Source of the DNA: Octopus bimaculoides
Taxonomy: Eukaryota
DNA length: 45,009 bases
NCBI RefSeq assembly: GCF_001194135.2
Contig: NC_068984.1
Location: 125,304,337 to 125,349,345, forward strand
Direction: 5' to 3'
Shown here: piece after piece, positions 25,386 through 37,063 of the stretch
Layout of the letters: the number at the start of each line of letters is the position of its first letter
Numbering within the stretch: position 1 is the first letter of the stretch
The notes under the pieces: generated by a model
Database searches by the model: none
Seen by the model: the letters and a program-made list of their open reading frames with translations, nothing else
Told to the model about the DNA's origin: nothing
Made by a program: the position numbers and the translations under genes

Positions 25386-25762
25386 GGCGTCGCTGTGTGG
25401 TAAGAAGCTTGATTCCCAACCACATGCTTCCGAGTTCAATCCCACTACGCGGCATCCCGGGTAAGTATCATCTACTATGGCCTCAGACCGACCGAAGCCT
25501 AGTAAGTGGATTTGGTAGACAGAAAATGAAAGAAACCTGTCGTGTGTATGTGTGTGTGTGTGTCTGTGTGTTTGTGTGTCTGTGTTAGTCCCCCTCCAAA
25601 CATCGCTTCACAGCTGATGTTGGTGTGTTTACGTCCCCGTAACATAATGGTTCGGGAAAAGAAACCAACAGAATAAGTACGAGGCTTACAAAGAATAAGT
25701 CCTGGAGTCGACTTGTTCGACTAAAGGCGGTGCTCCAGCATGGCTGCAGTCAAAATAATTGA
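25383..25762 (+). mobile_element. SINE family A, full length
   Basis: Head GCTGTGTGGTAAGAAGC, B-box GAGTTCAATCCC, internal (TG)n, 3' half to GCATGGCTGCAGTCAAA. Confidence 0.88.
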
Positions 25763-25768
25763 CTGCTT

Positions 25769-25900
25769 GGCACCTTGGGCAAGTGCCTTCTACTATAGCC
25801 TCGGGCCGACCAAAGCATTGTGAGTGGATTTGGTAGACGGAAACTGAAAGAAGCCCGTCGTATATATATATATGCATATGTATGTGTGTGTTTGTGCCCA
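25769..25900 (+). mobile_element. SINE family A central fragment
   Basis: GGCACCTTGGGCAAGTGCCTTCTACTATAGCC..GAAAGAAGCCCGTCGTATATA. Confidence 0.88.
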
Positions 25901-25954
25901 AGACCCAATGAAGAGCTCTCCACAGGAGCTAGCTTAAAAGCCCCCCACCCCAAG

Positions 25955-26126
25955 ATATATACGACGGGCTTCTTCCAGTTTCTGTTCACCAAATCCAATG
26001 ACAAGACTTTGGTGGGACCGTGACTATAGTAGAAAACATTCAGCCAGGGTGCCACGCGGTGAGGGTGAACCCAGAGCCATGTAGTTGGGAGGTGACTTCT
26101 TATCACACGGCCACGCCTGCGCCTAT
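25955..26126 (-). mobile_element. SINE family A 5' half, inverted relative to the preceding copies
   Basis: TATATACGACGGGCTTC..GGTGCCACGCGGTG..CACACGGCCACGCCTGCGCCTAT. Confidence 0.85.
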
Positions 26127-26149
26127 ACATCTACATGTGTGTGTGTGTG

Positions 26150-26199
<50 letters not shown>

Positions 26200-27115
26200 A
26201 AAAAATATATAGAAGTACCTACAAACGGAACAAACGGAAAATACACGCATAGAATCTTTAGTTGTCCTAAGGATTGTAGCAATTTCACACGCACACACAC
26301 ACACACACACACAGATACACACACAGACACACACACACATACCCATACATATACATACACACATACATATGTATAGATATATATAGATATATTTACACAC
26401 AAGACGCACAAGACGACAGCGCATATTTCTTAAAGGAAGCAATACATATCTGTGTGCGTGTCAGCGTGTCTCTGTGTCTCTGTATGTGTGAGCATGCGTG
26501 TGTGTGTGTATGTTAGCGTGTATGTTTGCGTGTGTGTGTGTTTGTGGATGGTACAAACCTATCAATATTGTTATGATACACAGCTGCACTTATCTACATC
26601 CTACAAAACCGAAACTGCATTTCAAACCCTCCCTATTTTTATGTCACTGGTTGTTTGTAAAACTTAATGATTTATTACACAGATCAATAGGGAGGATTAT
26701 GGTTTTTCTGTAAAATTGAGCCATCTGTGACATAATCTATATTTAACAGTCATTATAAAAAGGGCCGATAGTTATTTCGGATTTTTTAACGATTCTGTAT
26801 AATTTCACCTTCGTGGTGGATTTTTGACTGTTGGTGCAAGGTTATCTCGACCTGTAAGAAATGATTATAAAATCGTCCTTTAACCATATACTATTGTCAT
26901 ATCTATGAAGGGAAGGATTCTACCAAGTTCCATTTTATCTTTCATTCTTTCGAGATTGATAAAATATGTACCAATAGAGCACTGGGATCGATGAAATCAA
27001 CAAACACCCTCTTCTGTGACAAAATATAGTGAATGGCCTTCTTACGAGTTCGAACGGGCCTCAAGCATATTTGCACTAGAAACAAGGTTGCATGTATACA
27101 TATACACATACATGC

Positions 27116-27152
<37 letters not shown>

Positions 27153-27508
27153 NNNNNNNNNNNNNNNNNNNNNNNNNNNNNNNNNNNNNNNNNNNNNNNN
27201 NNNNNNNNNNNNNNNNNNNNNNNNNNNNNNNNNNNNNNNNNNNNNNNNNNNNNNNNNNNNNNNNNNNNNNNNNNNNNNNNNNNNNNNNNNNNNNNNNNNN
27301 NNNNNNNNNNNNNNNNNNNNNNNNNNNNNNNNNNNNNNNNNNNNNNNNNNNNNNNNNNNNNNNNNNNNNNNNNNNNNNNNNNNNNNNNNNNNNNNNNNNN
27401 NNNNNNNNNNNNNNNNNNNNNNNNNNNNNNNNNNNNNNNNNNNNNNNNNNNNNNNNNNNNNNNNNNNNNAAATAAAATAAAATAAAATAAAGTCTGTTAA
27501 AGTCTGTC

Positions 27509-27558
27509 ATACCGGCCATGACGAAGGGAAATAGCCCTGAAACTCGAGTCGCCTTTAT
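27509..27558 (+). ncRNA. Hammerhead-ribozyme-like motif (minimal type I, one extra base in the core)
   Basis: ATACCGGC-CATGACGA-AGGG(AAATAG)CCCT-GAAA-CTCGAG-TC-GCCTTTAT; palindromic stem III, GUC triplet. Confidence 0.55.
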
Positions 27559-27756
27559 ATATTTATATTTATATTTATATATTTGATCCTCAATATTTCA
27601 TCTACATTCAATACTTTATTTCATGGTGCCATCCATTTTTATTTTATTTTATTTCATATTATATATTGTATATTCCATATTCTATACCCCACATTGGTTC
27701 TGCAGGAATATAAATAAAACATAAAAAACAGACAGTGTTGGAACTCTTTTAAACAA

Positions 27757-27795
<39 letters not shown>

Positions 27796-27883
27796 AACGT
27801 AAAGGCCTTAACTAAACACTAACAAGCAGTTTTTCGCTGACACTTTATCGAATCTGACAACCTATCACCCTTAAAATACAGCT

Positions 27884-28270
27884 GTGTGTTGGCTCTCCGT
27901 CGGTTACGACGACGAGTGTTCCAGTTGATCCGATCAACGGAACAGCCAGCTCTTGAAATTAACGTGCAAGTGGCTGAGCGCACCATAGATACGTGTACCC
28001 CTTAACGTAGTTCTCGGGGAGATTCAGCGTGACACAGTGTGACAAGGCTGACCCTTTGAAATACAGGTACAACAGAAACGAGAAGAAAGAGTGAGAGCAA
28101 GTTATGGTGAAAGTGTACAGCAGGGTTCGCCACCGTCCCCCTGCCGGAGCCTCGTGGAGCTTTAGGTCTTTTCGCCCAATAAACACTCACAACGTCCGGT
28201 CTGGGAATCGAAACCGCGATTCTACGACCGCGAGTCCGCTACCCTAACCACTGGGCCATTGCACCTCCAC
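27884..28270 (-). mobile_element. SINE family C, full length, with 11-bp TSD
   Basis: Reverse complement matches 6832-7214 over its length. TSD AAAATACAGCT (27873-27883) / AAAATAAAGCT (28271-28281). Confidence 0.92.
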
Positions 28271-28798
28271 AAAATAAAGCTATATAAGTAATAAATACCA
28301 TAAACTATATATATATATGATAAGTAAAATATATATATATATATATATATGTATATATGCAGCAGCCACGATTGACCGCTAGCTCCAAAAGATCTTTTTA
28401 TTCTCTCTCTGTTTATTTCCTCATGTTCCTTTCTGTTGAAGAGCATAGGTTGGAAACGTGAACGATTTTCTCGCCTTCCCGAGCGTTAAACTAATACACT
28501 TGTTTGTTGTTTATACACCAGTCTTCGTCTTTTGTTTNNNNNNNNNNATATATATATATATATAACGTGAGAGGGTTAGGGGTTGGGGGTTCAACCCACT
28601 AAGGGATAGTATCTATCCAGTATATTGCTGGGAGGGTACCCAATTATTGCTACACTAGTGCTATCCTAGTGCTATCCTAGTGCTATTCTTTTCTTCCTTT
28701 TTTTGTCACTTTTGCTATGAATTAAATTAATGAATTCAACGGGATACACCGTCTGCAAGTAGTTGGGTTCAGCATATTATCCTCCATTTTCTAATTGT

Positions 28799-28892
<94 letters not shown>

Positions 28893-29858
28893 CACATATA
28901 TATACACACACGCACACTAGGTGATTGTGTTCGCTACCAAGAGGTTTAACCTTAAAGTATTCCAGTTCTAGTGGTGGTTCGTGTATAGGCACTGCAGAAC
29001 TGCAGAATCCACTATTTCCACTCGATATTATCGATAACATTCAATACAATGAGTCCTTTTTTCTTTTATTCTTTCTTTATACTTGTACATTATATAATCC
29101 TTAAGCTTAATGTCAGTAGTTATCCACTGGTTTATGAAAGAAATACAAAAATCCTTGTATAGGACTGTGCGCTTCACAGTTCCAGCATTGTTTGGCTGTA
29201 GTGCGCATGCTCACATGTCCGAGATAGGAAGCTTCACGCTAGGGCTAGACAACACTGTTGTTCACGCAGTGCCGGTGAAAGGTAGTGTTTCTTTTTGACT
29301 CCGTGTATGTTGTGCTTAAAAACATGTTTATATTCTTGAATGTGATAAAGAGTAGAATTAGATTATCATCCTGCTTCCAGCTTCAGTTTTGCTTCCAGGA
29401 TTTGAAAAATAGCGTAGATTTTCCCCGCTTATTTTGTGATTTAGTGGGGATTTTTGAAAAACAAGGGGGAATTCGCGGCAGAGTTCAGTGAACAAATTAA
29501 ACACACTACCCGGCAGCGGCTAAAAAGCAAATCGATCAAGTTTATATATAAATATTCTTTTTATGTGTGTTTCCTTTTACACAATATTAAAACAACGGCT
29601 AAACTTTTTCTGAAGCAGCACCCTTCACTAATTTTATCTACGAGTTGACACTGTCCAGTTCATCTAATAGTTGTAAATAGATAGGCTCATAGAGAGGTAT
29701 ATCTCGTACCGAGGTAAACAGCTTTATTGTGACGAGTTGATTTCATCGAAGGGATTAAAACTTCCGATAGGCAAAAAAAAAAAAAAAACACGTCCTTAAA
29801 CGTATATGAAAATGAGTAAAGCACTACTATATTTACTGAATTCTTCACAGTTTTACAT

Positions 29859-30092
29859 CTATTTCTTGATTGCCCACAAGGGGCTAAATATAGACGGGAC
29901 AAATAAGGACAGACAAAGGGATTAAGTCGATTACATCGACCCCAGTGCATAACTGGTACTTATTAAATCGACCCCGAAAGGATGAAAGGCTAAGTCGACC
30001 TCGGCGGAATTTGAATTCAGAACGTAACGGCAGACGAAATACCGTTAAACATTTCGCCCGGCGTGCTAACGATTCTGCCAGCTCGCCGCTTA
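29859..30092 (-). mobile_element. SINE family B head/core with an alternative tail (B2)
   Basis: Near-consensus B head and core. The tail reads (minus strand) TTGTCTGTCCTTATTTGTCCC..TAGCCCCTTGTGGGCAATCAAGAAATAG instead of GTGCCTATAGTAGAAAGG(ATT)n. Confidence 0.9.
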
Positions 30093-30187
30093 TTTCGGTA
30101 ATTTATATTCATCCCTATGATAACCATTTACATCTAAGTGAACAGGAATACGTTCGTATCAAAAATCAGGGTACTACACGTTGCATG

Positions 30188-30315
30188 ACATCATTATAAT
30201 CCTTATCACAGTCATCATCATCATTGATGTCACCATCATCAATACTGTCATCATCATCATCATCATCGTCGTCGTCGTCGTCATCGTCGTATCCGTCATC
30301 ATCAGCATAATAATG
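30188..30315. repeat. Imperfect (CAT)n/(CGT)n trinucleotide array
   Basis: Seen directly; it generates the spurious poly-I/M/V ORFs. Confidence 0.9.
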
Positions 30316-31289
30316 ATGGCTGGTGTAGACAACATCGTTTCACATGTCGTTAAAGATTGGTATTTGCTTTTACTCTGCGAGGGGAGTTCCATGTTATGTT
30401 GTCAATAATTTATAAAAGTTTGATTTATTTCCGCCTAAAGTGCTTTACCTAGTTGGTGTACTCGCTTGCCTGCCGGTTTGTGTACACATTCATACACTAA
30501 AATACCCACACATACGCAAATACACAATATAATTCATCTAATGTGAATATTCAATACATACATACATACATACATACATACATACATAATACATACTTAT
30601 ATATATATATANNNNNNNNNNNNNNNNNNNNNNNNNNNNNNNNNNNNNNNNNNNNNNNNNNNNNNNNNNNNNNNNNNNNNNNNNNNNNNNNNNNNNNNNN
30701 NNNNNNNNNNNNNNNNNNNNNNNNNNNNNNNNNNNNNNNNNNNNNNNNNNNNNNNNNNNNNNNNNNNNNNNNNNNNNNNNNNNNNNNNNNNNNNNNNNNN
30801 NNNNNNNNNNNNNNNNNNNNNNNNNNNNNNNNNNNNNNNNNNNNNNNNNNNNNNNNNNNNNNNNNNNNNNNNNNNNNNNNNNNNNNNNNNNNNNNNNNNN
30901 NNNNNNNNNNNNNNNNNNNNNNNNNNNNNNNNNNNNNNNNNNNNNNNNNNNNNNNNNNNNNNNNNNNNNNNNNNNNNNNNNNNNNNNNNNNNNNNNNNNN
31001 NNNNNNNNNNNNNNNNNNNNNNNNNNNNNNNNNNNNNNNNNNNNNNNNNNNNNNNNNNNNNNNNNNNNNNNNNNNNNNNNNNNNNNNNNNNNNNNNNNNN
31101 NNNNNNNNNNNNNNNNNNNNNNNNNNNNNNNNNNNNNNNNNNNNNNNNNNNNNNNNNNNNNNNNNNNNNNNNNNNNNNNNNNNNNNNNNNNNNNTATATA
31201 TATATATATATATGCATTGACACACACCTAAATAAAAATGATTGTATGAAAGCATGCTTAGTTACAAAATATATACAAATATATACAAG

Positions 31290-31322
<33 letters not shown>

Positions 31323-31381
31323 ACAGCGAGAGAGAGACGGAGAGAGAGATGGAGGGATTTAAGGAAAGCGAGGGAGGAAAG

Positions 31382-31431
<50 letters not shown>

Positions 31432-31701
31432 ATCGTGTGTGTTTGTGTGTGTGCGTGTACGTATATGTGTGCATGTGTGTGTTTGTGTGTATGTGCGCGC
31501 GCTTATACGAATCAGGAACTGGAAAAAGATTTAACTATCGAGAAACACCTGCAATTAGAAGGAACTTGGTTAGCTGTTTCTGTTTGTTTACCTGTTTCTG
31601 GTTGCTGGGTTCAGGCTGTTTCTTACCTCCCTCGGCTGGGCAATTCAATGACATCATTATATCTTAATATAACGTTTCAATGTCACACTTTAGACATGTA
31701 C

Positions 31702-31739
<38 letters not shown>

Positions 31740-31782
31740 TATATATACACACACGCATGCTCACACATACAGAGACACGCTC

Positions 31783-31821
<39 letters not shown>

Positions 31822-31944
31822 TATATATATACACACACGCATGCTCACACATACAGAGACACGCTCACGCGCACATAGAAACATACACTCAAACCGTTCT
31901 TTTAGTTGATGGTGATATTGTTGATTGTTATCGTTCTTGTAAAC

Positions 31945-32345
31945 GTAGGTGTGGTAAGAAGCTTGTTTCCCAACCACTTGGTTCTGGGTTCAATACTGGT
32001 GCGTTGAATCTTGGGTATGTGTCTTATACTTTAGCTCCAGGCTAACCAAATTATTTATGGTTGATTTGATTGAAGGAAACTGAAAAGAAGCCTGTCGTAT
32101 AAATGTGTGTGTGTGTGTGTACTTGCTGGTGTGTGTGTGTTTGTGTTTATCCCCCATCACCGCTTGACAACCGGTGTTGATGTGTTTGTGTCCCTGTGAA
32201 TTACCGATTCGGCAAAAAGAGCCCTATAGAATAAGTAGCAGGCTTAAATAACATAACAATTAGCGCTGGGACCAATTTGTTTGACGAAACCCTTCGTAGC
32301 AGTGCCCCTACTTAGCCGCAGTCTAATAACTGAAACAAGTAGAAG
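31945..32345 (+). mobile_element. SINE family A, decayed, full length
   Basis: GTGTGGTAAGAAGCTTG..GGGTTCAAT..GAAACTGAAAAGAAGCCTGTCGTA..CACCGCTTGACAACCGG..GCCGCAGTCTAATAACTGAAACAAGTA. Confidence 0.82.
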
Positions 32346-32604
32346 AAAGAAAAATACAAGAATATTTATTGTATAAAATATATGAAGTACTCTTCTGATG
32401 CTTTTCTATCACAGAAACCTCAACTACTTCTCACACGTTCACGTTTATGTTCCGAACTGCAACCAAAGTTAGTGCTTCCAAAACTGGATCCCGTCAGCAG
32501 ATTGGCAAACCTCCGCTCACAAATCCCACAATTACGGTGATGGAATATCATCAAGCAAGTTAGCTCACTTAACAATATAACAAAAAGTGTCTCTAACAAG
32601 CAAA

Positions 32605-32636
<32 letters not shown>

Positions 32637-33349
32637 GTGTGTGTGTGTATGTATCTGTCATCAAGAATACAGTATGCACGAGGAAGATGATGCTTCGCTG
32701 ATAAGGTTTAATAAGTCCAGATTATGTCATCAATGCTTGCTAACTATAAACTTCATTCCCTACTGCATGCTTCGATTAAATAAATTCGATTTTTCAGAGT
32801 TGTGTCCCTTGCCTTACAAGACCATAATTATTCATCAAATCTAATTTTCTTCACATTGCTAGTATAATTTCATAAGGCGGAGCTAATTTTCATGCTCACT
32901 ACATAAATTATGTTAGCTAAATTCTCTTAGCTAAATTGTTGTATGTATATCTTTCGAAACAACCACGTCATGAAAACTGGGTTTGTGGATTAGCTAGAAA
33001 CATTCCTAGTCAAAAGCATTTGTAACGAATATGAAATTCAGTAGCTGTTTCTATTCGCTTACCCTTTTCTGGTTGCCGATTGCAAACCAATAACGCTTTT
33101 TTTGTTTTTTTTCTTTAATAAGTTTATCACAATGATTTAGATTTTGCTTATCGTTAAGTCGAGTAAATTTCATCGCTAGAATATTGCATAACCACGCAAG
33201 TGATAGTTGCGAGCATTCATAGCTAGCCATTTTTGGTCTATTGTAAAATGATCATCAATGACAATTTCTGTGGCGCAATAGTGAATATGTAATAAAAACA
33301 GCATAGATTCTGGTAGTATGAGGGAAAATTAATGTATATACTATCAATT

Positions 33350-33668
33350 ATGTAACGACGCGTGGCTAGGTGATTCGAGTATTCGGCTCACCATCGTAAA
33401 TTTGTGAGCTCGATTCCTGGCGGAGCGTTGTGTGCAAGACACTTTATTTCCTGTTACTCCAGTCCGCTCAGTTGCAAAACTGAGTTGTACCTGTAATTCA
33501 AACGGCCAGCCTTGTCCCATTCTGCGTCACCTTGCGTCTCCTTGGTAACTACGTTAATTGTACGCGTGTCTGTGGGCTGTTCAGCCATTTGCACGTTAAT
33601 TTCAAGAGCAGACTGTTCTGCTGATCGGATCAACTGGGAAAATCGTCATCGTAACCTACGGAGTGCCA
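33350..33668 (+). mobile_element. Chimeric SINE: family D head/core + family C 3' half
   Basis: The 5' part aligns with 35287-35420 (GCAAGACACTTTATTTC..CTCCAGTCCGCTCAG). The 3' part aligns with 7030-7210 (CCTGTAATTCAAA..CAGCCTTGTC..GATCGGATCAACTGG..ACGGAGTGCCA). Confidence 0.8.
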
Positions 33669-33699
33669 GTTTTATGCAATCAATTATATGCGTTAATAT

Positions 33700-33905
33700 T
33701 GATTTCTAACATAGACACAAAGATTCAAATGATACAGGGCGATTAAATCGACTCCAGTATTCTATTATTAGATTATTTTATCGACTCCGAGGCTACGAAA
33801 GGCAAAGCTGAACTGAGAGCGATTTAAACAGAAAGTGTGAAAACCCGTATCTAAATAACAAACGTATTTGTGCTCAACGATCTAACGATTCTGATAGTCA
33901 CGGTC
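33700..33905 (-). mobile_element. Decayed SINE family B
   Basis: AATCGACTCCAGTA, TTTTATCGACTCCGAGG..GAAAGGCAAAG and CTAACGATTCTG in reverse order. Confidence 0.65.
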
Positions 33906-34116
33906 ATTGTATACACATATTCACGCTTTAATAGTTACACCCACCTTTAAACACATATGCAAATATATTAGGTGTGTTTTCTATTAGTGTACCAATTAAT
34001 AATTTAATATCCCGTGTTTAAGTCGCACTGATGCAAACTATATTGTTGTATATGTGTATGTGTGTATGTTTACGAGTGCTTGTTTGTGCCCGGTAGTGTG
34101 TGAGTGTGGTGTGAGC

Positions 34117-34173
<57 letters not shown>

Positions 34174-35286
34174 AGTGAGTGTGTGTGTGTGTGTGTGTGT
34201 ATGTGTTGATAAATTAAAAACAGGAAATTATATGGGAGGCACTCGAAGCAACTTCAGGTGAGTTAACTACTTGAAATTAATCAACTGATCTGCCATCTTA
34301 TCATTAATCAACTTCCTCTGAATTGCATGGTGCAAATTCTCGATAGTTCCATTTGTCTACTTTACCATATGGAGTGGCTGTATTGTAGCAACCACAGTGA
34401 CATTTACCCATTTTCTCCCATAGAGTCTCGTGCGCGTGTGTGTATGTATAGATACAGATACATACATACATACATACATACATACATACATACATACATA
34501 CTTGCATGCATACTTGCATGTATACGTACATGTATTCATATACACACACATAATTAACAATGTGCTCGAGTGCAAAACCCGTTACCAGTGAGTTTAGAGA
34601 TCAGCAGTCGTTTCAACATTAAACTCATATCCTCCACGATACGTGTCCAATCATCACATTGGAGGTTATGCCACATTATATGATACGCAGAACAGGACAC
34701 GTTATTCGTATTTCATTCTTTGATATACACATGTTTCACCAAGCCCACTGCTTACTTTTCCAGTATGTCTGCAAAAAATAGATACTGAGAAAATGAGCGG
34801 TTTTTCTAAAAAAAAATATATAGTAGTAGTTTCCCTTTACTTTCTGTCTATTTACAATTTTCTCAACTAGCATCCTGCTCTAATCGCCCAAGCTTACTAT
34901 TGAGGCATAGAACAAGCTATTTATCCTTTATGCACAATGCTGGTTCACATGATTTCAAGGCATATCCATGCACAGATGGCTTTTGTGATATATTCCTAGA
35001 AAACCCAGCACTCTTCCAAACTCTGTATACTTCGACTACCGAACTATTTTCCGCTTTTCGATCTATAACTTCGACTCTTGACACGATCTACCACCTTGAA
35101 CTAGAACAGACCTAGAAATATTGGTAGCTAAGGGTGTAACTGCATACTTTCCGAAACTGACCTATACCTACCAAAATATTCATCCCCTGATGCTTTCTTA
35201 TATTTTACCTTGGACAGTGTATATTACTCGTAAATTGGATACCGTGGAACAATAGATATTGTAGACTACTACCGATTAAAAAGTTA

Positions 35287-35520
35287 TGTGGAACCGCGTG
35301 GCTTAGTGGCTAGGGGTGTTGGACTCCTGATCGTAAGATTGTGGTTTCGATTCCTGGACCATGCGATGCGTTGTGTTCTTAAGCAAAACACTTCATTCCA
35401 CGTTGCTCTAGTCCACTCAGCTAGAAACAAATGAGCAATTCTGCGACGGCCCGGGGTCCCGTTCAGTGGGGAATATATGCGCTACTGGAAACCGACACTA
35501 TAAGTCTGTAGACCCGGGAA
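35287..35520 (+). mobile_element. tRNA-derived SINE family D
   Basis: A-box GTGGCTTAGTGGCTAG, B-box GGTTTCGATTCC, core GTGTTCTTAAGCAAAACACTTCATTCCACGTTGCTCTAGTCCACTCAGCT. Confidence 0.75.
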
Positions 35521-35858
35521 GGATCTATACATCTAAGATTAATAAACTGAAATATCTTCAACACAATATGACTACTGGTTCACCAACGTACTGTTTTTCG
35601 TCTCTCCTTTATAGCACCTAATGCGGTCCTTCTTATTTGAATTCGTTGCGTGTGTACGATCTCTCCCCTAATTATCCCTCATTATCTCGTTATCCTTAAT
35701 GTATGTCACCATTTCGACCCTTCAATAAACAATTACTGCACTCATTGCTCACCGGAGCTATACATTTCCCCTAAAATTCCTTTCGTACCCAGTTTGTTTC
35801 TTGTTTGCATATGCGTAGATTGGCGTTAGCAGGGAGAGTGAACTCCTACCGCCCTCTA

Positions 35859-35928
35859 GCAGGTAACAGGATCGCGATATTGACTCAGTTTCGAGCTATT
35901 TGGCCCATCCTCAGTCGCGAGTACCTAC
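35859..35928 (-). ncRNA. Type I hammerhead ribozyme candidate
   Basis: Minus strand: GTAGGTA-C-TCGCGA-CTGAGGA-T-GGGC(CAAATA)GCTC-GAAA-CTGAGTCAA-TA-TCGCGA-TCCTGT-TACCTGC. Intact CUGANGA and GAAA, 6-bp stem I plus a 7-bp distal helix, 4-bp stem II, near-palindromic stem III. Confidence 0.72.
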
Positions 35929-36059
35929 ATGTAAATTCCTCCGATGAGTAATTCTGTGTTCGCTTCTCTGGATGGTAATATTATCTGGAGTGTATATTAG
36001 CAATAATTATAACGATATGGAATATGGAGACTTGATATAAACGTGTGTGGGGGGCTGTA

Positions 36060-36195
36060 CATAGGCAACAGCCGTGGCTGTGTGGTAAGAAGCATACTTC
36101 TCAACCATGTGGTTGAGTTCAGTCTCACTTTGCGGCACATTGACCAAGTGTCTTCAACAAAGCCTAACCAGCTGAATTTGATAGACGGAAACCAC
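36060..36195 (+). mobile_element. SINE family A 5' fragment
   Basis: ATAGGC..GTGGCTGTGTGGTAAGAAGC..GAGTTCAGTCTCAC..GATAGACGGAAAC. Confidence 0.75.
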
Positions 36196-36467
36196 ATCAT
36201 GCAGGTAGATGGCTTGGTCCGTTGTGAATACTCTACCTTGGCCATGGGCTTCGCTTAATGTTGCTGATCACGTTAAACGTACAGAATCATGACTTTGGGG
36301 TTTGTGTGTGGGCCTTTATTGGCCTGATCACACTACAGCTTATGACCTCTCCGTAATGTTCATTACAAACAATTGTATGGTATAAGAGCGGTGCTGTATA
36401 CGTGATTGTGAAAGTGTATACTTACATATCTATACTATCTCTGCTTATATGTCAACTATGGCAACAC

Positions 36468-36499
<32 letters not shown>

Positions 36500-36517
36500 G
36501 CAAACACACACACCTCA

Positions 36518-36603
<86 letters not shown>

Positions 36604-37025
36604 AACACACACACACGCAAATACATATACGTATACGTATATATAGAAATATGTATTTATGTATATATGTATACACGCACACACACACACACACACATAT
36701 GTATCATATATATGTATATATGTGATTTATATACATATATATATATATATATAGACATACACACAATAGATATACATTCGTATATACGTATACGTATATA
36801 TATATAAATATGTATTTATGTATGTATACGTACACATATGTATGTATTAAATATATATGTATATATATGTATTATATATATAAATATATATGTATTATAT
36901 ATATATATATATATATANNNNNNNNNNNNNNNNNNNNNNNNNNNNNNNNNNNNNNNNNNNNNNNNNNNNNNNNNNNNNNNNNNNNNNNNNNNNNNNNNNN
37001 NNNNNNNNNNNNNNNNNNNNNNNNN

Positions 37026-37063
<38 letters not shown>

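Noticed and set aside
31500-31690. Protein-looking stretch AYTNQELEKDLTIEKHLQLEG and minus-strand GTAAGA/TGCAG splice-like signals
   Set aside because: No recognisable domain, the frame is embedded between microsatellites, and the implied spliced product hits a stop at once
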